In this document: in pieces, positions 41,019-49,700 of the stretch | How positions within the stretch are numbered: the first letter of the stretch is position 1 | Layout of the letters: each line of letters opens with the position of its first letter | Origin: Candidatus Kuenenia sp. | GTDB lineage: Bacteria > Planctomycetota > Planctomycetia > Pirellulales > UBA1268 | Length of the DNA stretch: 64,000 bases | Reading direction: 5' to 3' | Assembly (NCBI GenBank): GCA_038144795.1 | Contig: JAYQOK010000001.1 | Coordinates: 2,085 to 66,084 of the forward strand | Notes under the pieces: model-generated | Told to the model about the DNA's origin: nothing | Databases searched by the model: none | The model's input: the letters and a program-made list of their open reading frames with translations, nothing else | Translations under genes and position numbers: made by a program

Positions 41019-43115
41019 ATGAAGTATTGGCAAACCTGTTTCTTGTCGACGTTCCTGATTGGCTGTTCGGGGGTGGGGCTTCTCTGGGCTGAACCCGTGG
41101 GCAACTACGACCTCGTGATCTACGGCCCAACCAGTGCCGGGGTCGCCGCCGCCGTACAGGCCAAGCAGATGGGCCTCAGCACAATCATCGTTGGTCCCGA
41201 CAAGCACCTCGGGGGGCTCTCTGCAGGTGGACTCGGCTGGACGGACAGTGGCAACAAGGCGGTTATCGGTGGCGTGGCGCTCGAGTTCTACAAGCGGGTC
41301 TACGATTATTACGACAAGCCCGCAACCTGGAGATGGCAGGACCGGGATGCCTATGGCAACCGCGGCCAGGGAACGGCAGCCATGGATGGGAATGGTCGGG
41401 CAATGTGGGTCTTTGAACCACACATCGCCGAACAGGTCTTTGAAGACCTCATCCGCGACCACGAGATCACCGTGCACCGCGACGAGTGGCTGGACCGCTC
41501 CGGTGGCGGCGTAACAACAACGGACGGCCGTATCACCTCGATCAGGATGCTCTCGGGCAAGGAATACGTGGGGCGCATGTTTATTGACGCTACTTATGAA
41601 GGCGACCTGATGGCAGCAGCGGGCATCAGCTACACCGTCGGCCGCGAGGCCAATAGCGTCTATGGCGAGACACTCAACGGCGTTCAAGTCGACCACGCCC
41701 ACTCGCACCAGTTCACCAACGACATCTCCGCCTACAAGGTGCCGGGTGATCCGGCCAGCGGCCTGCTGCCCCGGGTCCACGACGGCAGCCCCGGCGTGCA
41801 GGGTGAGGGTGACCATCGCCTGCAGGCCTACAACTTCCGAATGTGCCTCACCCGCGTGCCGGAGAACCGGGTGCCATTCCCCAAGCCACCAGGCTATGCC
41901 CCGGCTCAATACGAACTTCTGCTCCGCGATCTCCAGGCTGGCTCCCGACATATCCGCGGCAAGTTTGACATGATTCCGAACCTCAAGACCGACACCAACA
42001 ACCATGGGTCGTTCTCCACTGACAACATCGGCATGAACTACGACTATCCTGACGCCAGCTATGAGCGTCGCCGGGAGATTCTGGCCGAGCACCGGACGTA
42101 TCAGCAGGGCTACTGCTACTTCCTCGCCAACGACCCGCGGGTGCCCGAGGATGTTCGGCAGTGGTACGGAGCCTGGGGTCTCGCCAAGGACGAGTTCACC
42201 GACAATGGCCACTGGCCGCATCAGATCTACGTCCGTGAGGCTCGGCGGATGGTTGGCGACATGGTCGTCAATGAGAACCATCTGCGGCGAAAGATTCCGA
42301 CCGAGCGGTCGATCGGCATGGGGTCCTACAACATGGACTCGCACAACGTGCAGCGGTACGTCGACAAGGACGGCTTTGTCCGCAACGAAGGTGACATTCA
42401 GGTCAACCCGGGTGGCCCCTACCCGATCGACTATGGGGCGATTCTGCCGAAAAAGGCTGAGTGTGAAAATCTGCTGGTCGTCTGCGCGGTCTCCAGTTCC
42501 CACATCGCCTACGGCTCGATCCGAATGGAACCGGTCTTCATGATCCTCGGCCAGAGTGCGACGACCGCGGCGGCCCAGGCACTCAAAGCCGGTGTCGCTG
42601 TCCAGGATATCGACTACGAGATCCTCGCTGCCCAACTCACCGCCGACGGCCAGGTGCTGGACTACGCTGGAGGCCGCCGGACCAGCTCCAAGGGAGTCGC
42701 CGTCGAAAGCATCAAGGGAATTGTTGTCGATGACGAGGCTGCCGACCGCAGCGGCGATTGGGGTGTGTCGAGTGCCGTCGGACCGTTCGTCGGGCAGGGC
42801 TACCGCCACGATGGAGATGACAGCAAGGGCGACCGAACAATCAGCTTTGCAACCAAACTCACGTCAGGCCGATATGAAGTGCGGCTGGCCTACACGGCCA
42901 ATCCCAATCGTGGCACGAATGTGCCGGTCACCATTCGGCACACCGGTGGCATCGCCACCAAGCAGATCAACCAGCGAAATCCCCCAGACATCGACGGGCT
43001 CTTCGTCTCTCTCGGCAGGTTTACTTTTACCGACACTGCCACCGTCGAACTGGGCAACGCCGGCACCGACGGCCATGTGATTGCCGATGCGGTCGTGTTT
43101 GTTCCAGTTGAGTGA
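41019..43115 (+). CDS. FAD-dependent oxidoreductase (PF12831-like) with a C-terminal beta-sandwich/carbohydrate-binding-like domain
   Basis: YDLVIYGPTSAGVAAAVQAKQMGLSTIIVGPDKHLGGLSAGG dinucleotide-binding motif and a signal peptide. GAGGAG lies 8 nt upstream of the ATG. The C-terminal 150 aa or so (GDWGVSS...GHVIADAVVFVPVE) resemble the tail commonly attached to this family. Confidence 0.85.
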   Translation: MKYWQTCFLSTFLIGCSGVGLLWAEPVGNYDLVIYGPTSAGVAAAVQAKQMGLSTIIVGPDKHLGGLSAGGLGWTDSGNKAVIGGVALEFYKRVYDYYDKPATWRWQDRDAYGNRGQGTAAMDGNGRAMWVFEPHIAEQVFEDLIRDHEITVHRDEWLDRSGGGVTTTDGRITSIRMLSGKEYVGRMFIDATYEGDLMAAAGISYTVGREANSVYGETLNGVQVDHAHSHQFTNDISAYKVPGDPASGLLPRVHDGSPGVQGEGDHRLQAYNFRMCLTRVPENRVPFPKPPGYAPAQYELLLRDLQAGSRHIRGKFDMIPNLKTDTNNHGSFSTDNIGMNYDYPDASYERRREILAEHRTYQQGYCYFLANDPRVPEDVRQWYGAWGLAKDEFTDNGHWPHQIYVREARRMVGDMVVNENHLRRKIPTERSIGMGSYNMDSHNVQRYVDKDGFVRNEGDIQVNPGGPYPIDYGAILPKKAECENLLVVCAVSSSHIAYGSIRMEPVFMILGQSATTAAAQALKAGVAVQDIDYEILAAQLTADGQVLDYAGGRRTSSKGVAVESIKGIVVDDEAADRSGDWGVSSAVGPFVGQGYRHDGDDSKGDRTISFATKLTSGRYEVRLAYTANPNRGTNVPVTIRHTGGIATKQINQRNPPDIDGLFVSLGRFTFTDTATVELGNAGTDGHVIADAVVFVPVE

Positions 43116-43140
43116 CCGAAACGGCCGGCTAACAAGTCTG

Positions 43141-43500
43141 TTATCGTTCAACCGCTGAGATCGCCCTGCTCGATTGCCCCGGTTGGGGCTTCCCGCTCCT
43201 TTCTGGAATCACCAGGTGCACCACGCCGTCCGAATTCTCGCAGGAACACTCGCCCGGGTTGTTGCGACGGTCTTGGTGCTGGCGTCCAAAGGATGGCCCG
43301 GCCAATGGCACTTCGGCAAACATCACGGAGCTGATGAGCGGCTCGTGAGCCGCGTGTTTTCGTCCTGGCCCCAAACAGCAGTTGCAAGAATGTCCAGCCT
43401 TCCCCTCTGGAGTGATGTTTTTCTTGCCGTCAACGCAGAGTTTCTCCGCGTCCGGCGGCCTCCAGGTGCTCGCACTCTCCCGCTCACAAGTCAGCTGTTC
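43141..43500 (-). CDS. hypothetical Cys/His-rich small protein (start uncertain)
   Basis: 3' part of ORF 43141..43620 (the 5' part overlaps the esterase gene). Contains TCE...LCVDG...GHSCNCC...KHAAH...GECSCE cysteine clusters suggestive of metal binding. No clear start codon or RBS. Confidence 0.3.
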   Translation of the reverse strand, partial: EQLTCERESASTWRPPDAEKLCVDGKKNITPEGKAGHSCNCCLGPGRKHAAHEPLISSVMFAEVPLAGPSFGRQHQDRRNNPGECSCENSDGVVHLVIPERSGKPQPGQSSRAISAVER

Positions 43501-43522
43501 TGCCAGATGACGCCGCAGTTGT

Positions 43523-44347
43523 TCAGCCTCCTCTTGCCTTGATCCATTGCAAGAGGGGAATGACCGCCGGGCTGAACATCCCGTGTCCATAGCCCTGCAG
43601 TTCATAGAGGGTAACGTCACGGTGCCCAGCCACCTTCAGCATTCGCATGAAGTAGGCGTTCTCTTCATAGCGGCCCAGCATCTCCTGTTCTCGATCACCC
43701 GTGATCAAGAGAATTGGAGGAGCATCGTTGCGAACGTGGTACAGAGGAGCAAATTCGTCCAAGAGTGGCTGCTTTGCGGGTATGCCCCGTTCCTCACGAA
43801 CCGTCATGTGCGTGATGGTATGGCCACTGAGCGGAATCAAGCCGGCAATCTGATCGGCATCGATGTCGTGTTCAGCGAGCCATCGCTTGTCGATGCCCAC
43901 CATGCTGGTCAAGTAGCCTCCGGCAGAATGCCCCGTAACAAAAATATTTTTCGGGTCACCACCGTAAGACGCGATATTCCGGAAAGTCCAGGCAACTGCG
44001 GCGGCGGCATCCCGGATGTACTCCGGACAGGTCACTTTCGGATGCAACCGATAGTCGACTCCCACAATCGCAAGGCCCTTTTCCTGGAGTTCCTTTGGAA
44101 TTGACCGGTTACCAGCCTTCAAGCCACCGCCGTGAAACCAGATAAGCGTGGCGAAGTTTCCAAGGTTTTTTGGATAGTAGATGTCGAGGCGGCAGCGTTC
44201 GAGCTCATAGGAAGAAGCATCTGCTGGGTTGACCACGTAAGAAATGTCTGATTCTGTGGTGTAAGTCGTTGCCTCTGGCCAATCGGCGGCCTGAGAAATG
44301 GAGAGACAACCTATGAGCAGTCCGACAATAAGGAATGGACGAGACAC
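43523..44347 (-). CDS. alpha/beta hydrolase (carboxylesterase/lipase, HGGG type), secreted
   Basis: LIWFHGGGLKAG oxyanion motif and the GHSAGG nucleophile elbow, plus a signal peptide. GTG start with GGAG 5 nt upstream. Confidence 0.85.
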   Translation of the reverse strand: MSRPFLIVGLLIGCLSISQAADWPEATTYTTESDISYVVNPADASSYELERCRLDIYYPKNLGNFATLIWFHGGGLKAGNRSIPKELQEKGLAIVGVDYRLHPKVTCPEYIRDAAAAVAWTFRNIASYGGDPKNIFVTGHSAGGYLTSMVGIDKRWLAEHDIDADQIAGLIPLSGHTITHMTVREERGIPAKQPLLDEFAPLYHVRNDAPPILLITGDREQEMLGRYEENAYFMRMLKVAGHRDVTLYELQGYGHGMFSPAVIPLLQWIKARGG

Positions 44348-44514
44348 GTTCGCTCCTGTTTGTTGCGATAGTGACGTTGTACAGAGGGACGATTGCCCGC
44401 AATTCTAGCAGTCGCAGGGTACATTCGTTGAGCGCCGTTTTTTGATTTGGGTTGAGCTTGTAGGCATCAGTTGACGAAGCAGTGCGTTACAGGTTTTTTC
44501 AAGGGAGCAGGAAG

Positions 44515-45621
44515 ATGAAGCCATTGTCGATTGGTTTGGTCATCGTGTGCTGTGTCGTGCTGGTGCAACCACCCCCAGCATTCGCAGCGCCCCCCGTGAG
44601 GCCTTACGACGCTGCGACCGCGCCGCGGTTCACCGTACTGCAACCCGGGCAAAATCCAAAGCCTGACCAACAAGGCAATTTTGTGATTGGCCCTGACTAT
44701 GTCTCGGCACCTGAAAACGAGGAAAGAGCTGGCGTGCCACGTGGTGATATCCGGCAGTTCGCTATCGACTCGCGTGACACTAAGCTTCTCAATCCAGGGA
44801 TCGCTCGGGATGTTTTTGGGACTGTCGATCCAAGTAACCCGAAGACACTGGTCGTCAATACACGCGAGATCGATTATGTCCGGCAGATAACCGTCTATGT
44901 CCCCGCCCAGTACCAGAAAGGAAGCAAGTCGCCGTTTATGGTCTGTCATGACGGACCGAAAGGGAAACCAAGTCAAACGCTTCCACGAATTCTCGACAAC
45001 CTTATTGCCCAAAATCGGGTGCCTCCAATGATTCTGGTAATGGTGGCGAATGGTGGTGGTGATGCCCAAGGGCATCAGCGCGGCAGAGAGTACGACACGA
45101 TGTCCGGTCTCTTTGCAGAGTACATCGAGTCAGAGGTGTTGCCGCGTGTTGAAAGAGAGTGTGGCGTAAGCCTCACAGATGACCCCGATGGCCGAGCTGT
45201 GATGGGATCAAGCTCCGGGGGATCTGCAGCATTCATCATGGCCTGGTATCACCCCGATCTCTATCGGCGTGTCCTCACAACATCCGGCACGTTTGTGAAC
45301 CAGCAGTGGCCATTCAACCCTGAGACACCAGATGGGGCCTGGGGGTTCCATAAGACCCTGATCCCTGAGGGTCCGCTGAAGCCGTTACGGATATTTCTCT
45401 CTGTTGGAGATGGAGACCTGCTCAATCCGAATGTCATGCGGGACGGGATGCACGATTGGGTTGAGGCAAACCACCGGATGGCAAAAGTTCTGGCCGCCAA
45501 GGGATATCAGTACCAATACCTATTTTGCAGAAATGCTGGACACGGTATTCACAACGCCAAAGAACAGTTTTTGCCACACGCCATCGAATGGGTCTGGCAT
45601 GGCTATCAACAGGCAGAGTGA
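44515..45621 (+). CDS. esterase family protein (PF00756-like putative esterase), secreted
   Basis: ORF 44482..45621. The ATG at Met12 is preceded by GGAGCAGGAAG. MGSSSGGSAAFIMAWYHPDLY nucleophile region. Signal peptide MKPLSIGLVIVCCVVLVQPPPAFA. Confidence 0.85.
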   Translation: MKPLSIGLVIVCCVVLVQPPPAFAAPPVRPYDAATAPRFTVLQPGQNPKPDQQGNFVIGPDYVSAPENEERAGVPRGDIRQFAIDSRDTKLLNPGIARDVFGTVDPSNPKTLVVNTREIDYVRQITVYVPAQYQKGSKSPFMVCHDGPKGKPSQTLPRILDNLIAQNRVPPMILVMVANGGGDAQGHQRGREYDTMSGLFAEYIESEVLPRVERECGVSLTDDPDGRAVMGSSSGGSAAFIMAWYHPDLYRRVLTTSGTFVNQQWPFNPETPDGAWGFHKTLIPEGPLKPLRIFLSVGDGDLLNPNVMRDGMHDWVEANHRMAKVLAAKGYQYQYLFCRNAGHGIHNAKEQFLPHAIEWVWHGYQQAE

Positions 45622-45696
45622 TCTGCAGCGGTGCAACCCGACCGGAATAAACGGGGCTCGGCCGTGAGGGTGGACGGAAGTGCCCATGCCAAAGCG

Positions 45697-45954
45697 TCAG
45701 GAAGGGCCCCAACCAAGAGTTGGATGGTGGGACCTACGAAACACACAGCGCCGTGACGGCTTCCGGAGCCGGTGATTCGGCGAGAACACTCCGTTGTAGG
45801 GATGCCGATGCTCCCGCGGCAGCGGGACGAGATCGGCCAGCTGGTCCAGAAACTCAAACGGCGTGAGTTCGACGACCCCAATGGCCCCCGCCGCGTGGAC
45901 TTCCGCCCGCGCCCTAGGCCGAACCAGTGAGCCGCCTTGCCGCAGTTGCAGCAA
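45697..45954 (-). mobile_element. remnant of an IS91-family (Y2 / PF04986-type) transposase C-terminus
   Basis: ELTPFEFLDQLADLVPLPREHRHPYNGVFSPNHRLR resembles the conserved C-terminal segment of IS91-like transposases (L..L..L.PPPR.H..RY.GV..PN..LR). Only about 50-80 aa remain and no N-terminal part is present. Confidence 0.5.
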
Positions 45955-46011
45955 CGGCCCACCAACCCGCTGTCAGCCCAACAAACAAACAACCAACAGC
46001 CCATGCCATCC

Positions 46012-46707
46012 TCAATCGTCGCAACATCCGTCGTCCCCTTCGGCCACGGCGCCGACGCCCCGGCGAAAACTCCTGATGAGGGCAACCACCCCGCACGCTG
46101 CCACGGCCACCCCGACTACCGGCAACGTCGACGACAGCATGCTCCCCAGGCCAAGCAGGATCAGCAACAGCCCTCCGGCGCATGGTCCGAGCCGGCTCCA
46201 AAGTGCGTGACCAATCTTCGCGATCAGCCAGACCACGAGCAGCCCCGCCAACACAAGCCCGAGACGCGTGCCACGGTCGACCACCCGTTCATCCACGGCC
46301 TCCGCTGTGATGACAAGATCGCCACGGGGGGTGGTGAAGAGATACTCACGACCGCGTGTGGGGATCGAAACGTCAAGGCTGGCAAGCACCAGGCCGGCCT
46401 GAGGTGCGGTGCCAAGCCCCGCCGCGGTCGAGGAACTTGGGGCGACGCCGCTGCCAAATCCGCTGGCAGCACCACCACCCATGCCGCCCATCCCGCCGTA
46501 GCCACCGCCGGCGCGACCACCCATGGTCCCAAACTGGCGAGCCAAACCGAGTTGTTTCTGCTCAGCCTCTTCAACGAGCCGCACGTCACCGAGGGCACCC
46601 GATCTGGGGCCATCGATGGACTTGGCCAGCTGTCGCTGGCTCTGCTCGTCGCCCTGCATCGGAGCGTCGATAACGTCCTGAGCGAGTCGTTGTTGATAGC
46701 GCTGCAC
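46012..46707 (-). CDS. membrane-anchor tail of giant module B2, in frame with the giant ORF but separated from it by a TAA
   Basis: Same reading frame as 46795..54243 (both start coordinates are 1 mod 3), with no further stop in between. A Gly-rich linker is followed by REYLFTTPRGDLVITAEAVDERVVDRGTRLGLVLAGLLVVWLI and more TM helices, paralleling the C-termini of modules A and B1. The tracked start is a GTG without an RBS. Confidence 0.5.
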   Translation of the reverse strand: MQRYQQRLAQDVIDAPMQGDEQSQRQLAKSIDGPRSGALGDVRLVEEAEQKQLGLARQFGTMGGRAGGGYGGMGGMGGGAASGFGSGVAPSSSTAAGLGTAPQAGLVLASLDVSIPTRGREYLFTTPRGDLVITAEAVDERVVDRGTRLGLVLAGLLVVWLIAKIGHALWSRLGPCAGGLLLILLGLGSMLSSTLPVVGVAVAACGVVALIRSFRRGVGAVAEGDDGCCDD

Positions 46708-46794
46708 CTGATCGCGAAGTTCGACACGCTGCTGCTGAGGCTTCGAGGAATCTTCGAATTCTCGCTCTCCACCGCGACCAACCCAGCGTTTATT

Positions 46795-49700
46795 TTAAAT
46801 ATCCTCAAAGCCAACGCCAGACTGGCGACGATCAGCCTCGGCTACCGAAAGTTCGTCGAGGCTCTTCGCGAGCTGGCGCTCCCCGGCAGCCTGTTCGGCA
46901 TCGTTCACGGCCCCTCTGTCGGTGCGCCCAAACCAGTTGGTGTCCACCCAACGCCGGTTGAGAGAACTCGCTTCACCGGCTTGCTCGGCGACACCCTTTT
47001 CGTCTACAGCAAGCTTCGACTGGGGTGTGACCGCCAGACCCGAGGCGTCGAAGTTCAGGTTCAGTTCATTCACCACATTGGTGCCACGCGCCACATTCTG
47101 GCCTTGGAAGTACGACCAGAGCTGAGTCCCATTGCCAACGTTGACCTCGACCGCATCGGCCGGCATCTGGCCCGCCTGCACCTGCGCTTCTTCGACGATC
47201 GAACTGTTGGCCATCAGTTCTCGTTCGAGCCGGTCGTTCGCACCACTCGATTGCCGAGAACTCCGGAAGGTCGAGACATATCCCTGCAACGACTCCCCGA
47301 GCTGCAGGGCGTTGCTGCGTGCTCGCACCCGTGAAAATACATCCTGCGATTCGGATGAAGCCACCTGCATCAGCTGCTGCATCTTCTTGTTTTGGTAGGC
47401 CAAGAAATCGGCCGTGAGTTCGTCAGCGTCGCCGACCATGCGCAGGGTGCCATCGAAGGCAAACCAGCGATGCGTCTCTGGGAGCCAGAGCCGCACCTGA
47501 CTCTGCTCGACATTGATGTTCACTGTTTTGAGGAAAGGGAATCGCAGCGATGCCGTCTGCTCGAGTGGGCCAAGCGTGCCGCCATATGTAAGCACCACCG
47601 CGTAGTCGAGGTCGCCAGCCTGCGTCTTGATCAGCGGAATGCCCACACGGCGCGTGTTGGCGGCATCCATCGCGGTCGGCTTGACCGGTTCACCCGCGAC
47701 GACGGCAGACCAGAGCGAGGCTCCCTCTGGAAGTTCGACTTCGAGCAACTGCTCAGTCTTATTGTCGATACGGTATTCCTGAGTGGCCCGGTAGACGCCA
47801 CCACCGTCGACGGAGAGCGTCGTGACGGCCAGCCCAATCCGCGCCCCCGCCGATTCAACGAGGCTTCGCGACCGCAGGGCGAATGAAAGCTTTGGGGCCT
47901 CGGCGTCGGCCGACACTAGATACGCTTGCGTGGCCATCCCCGGCAGGATGCTCGCCAGGTCACGCCAAGCCGCCTGCTGGCGACTCACCTCGCGGACACC
48001 GTCGCTCTCGGTGACCACGATTTCGTCACGTCCCTGGTTTTCTAAAACGACGAAGCGGTGCTGCGTGCTGCCTGTCTCTATCTGTGGCAGCGCCGCCTCG
48101 TGGGCTACCTCGCGAAGCGGTCCTGTCTGTTCGACGAGGACGGCCAAGGCGCCAATCACCTCGTCCTGCAACCGCACGTGAAACCGCACCATGCCAGGCT
48201 GCTCCGCGACCGGTTCCACAGTCTTCTCGAGCAAGAGGGGCACGTGCACGTCGGCATGCTGAAGGGCTTCCGGGAGCAAAAACACTAACTCGCGAATACC
48301 CGCCTCCGCGATCTCAAAACGAAGCAGCACTGTTTCCACAAGCTCCCGTGGCGTGACCTGCACATTGGTGAGTCCAACTGCCGTGACAATCGGCTGCCTG
48401 CGGCTCACGCGAAAACTCGCCGCAAACGCCGCACCTCGGGCGAAAACGGCAAGCCTCGCGAGGCTTCGTTGCTCCGCGGCCAGCCAGTCAAACGTGCGGG
48501 GCAACGGAATCACCTCGGCATTCTCCAGGCCTACCACGTCGACACTCATCGACGGATCGGCCTGGACGACCACCGTGCTCGTCTGGCGGCTCGCCTCCGG
48601 AAGTACAAACGCAGGTGCTGCCACCGAGAGCCCACTCTCAAGCGTGCCCGTGATTGTTACCGACCACGGCCCCTTGGCTCCCGCCACGAGGTCGATCACA
48701 AGCTGCGTGTCCTCGCCGGGCACGAGCGTCCATCCGGAGAGCCCTGGGCAGCTGACCCGATCCACCGTGACGCCGGCAGGCACTTCCACACGGACGCGGT
48801 GGAGTGGACGATCATCCACCATGCAAGCCAGGCGAGTCTCATAGGTCGACTCCCGCTCCGAGATCCGCACGAGCGTCTGCACATTGGCGGTCAACTGCGC
48901 CTGCAGCGACCGTGCCGCGACCGCGAGGTCGAACCGCTCGTTCGCGAAGCGATACGCCTGGAACGAGCGAACAGTGAGCGGACTGTCGTCGGGAAATCGC
49001 TCGAGGAGCGTGGCAAGGCGATCGGCGGGCGGGTCATCCCGAACCAGCCCCTCAGCATTCACGACACGCAGGTCGACGAGCGGGCCCCGTCGCAGCACGA
49101 GAAAGCCTTGATGCAACACGGCCTCCGGAACCCCAACGGCGGAGAGAGCCAAGGCACTCGCGCCGTCAAACACCACGTCGACCGGGAGCGAAAGCCTGAC
49201 CCACAGCTGCTCGTTGCCAGAAGCCGGCTCGAGCAGCGTCACGTCAATCTGCTGCGCCACAGCCCCGTCGTCGCGATTGAGGCGGCTGATCTCCCAGCCG
49301 CGCACCTTTGGCCCTTGCACCGCTTCGACCAACCAGCCCTCAGGGACATCGAGCGTAAAAACCTCTCGCTGCCCCTGCCGCACATCGAGATCCAACTGCC
49401 ACGCCGCGTGCACCCCATCCTCTCGGACATCGACGACCGCCAGCGACCGAGCCGTGAGCGCCTCATCGACCCGAGCTGCCGAAACTTTCGATATCCACTC
49501 CACGGTGATCGACGCGTCTGCCGCGAGTGCGGTCTCCACGGTTTCCTCAGCCTGCCTCGTCTGCTGGGTGATCAACCCGTCTGCACCGACGACGCGGAGT
49601 TCGGTTTCAGCGGCCGGCACACGCAGCGACAGACGCGTGGCTGGGGCGACGGGGAGCTGGCCACGAATCGATCGCCAGCCTCCGCGCTGTTCCAGGGGGA

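Noticed and set aside
40989-42809. 606-aa ORF on the minus strand.
   Set aside because: It is fully antisense to the FAD-dependent oxidoreductase gene, which has a clear dinucleotide-binding motif, a signal peptide and an RBS. The antisense translation is Arg/Gly/Val/His-rich with no motifs, which is the typical shadow ORF of GC-rich DNA.
46224-46814. Programmed +1/-1 frameshifting at the AT-rich TAA site to bypass the stop.
   Set aside because: The alternative frame across the site (ORF 46224..46814) translates to low-complexity Ser/Ala/Arg/Trp nonsense. Homology to the C-termini of modules A and B1 exists only in the zero frame. The AT run is also not a canonical X-XXY-YYZ heptamer in the zero frame.
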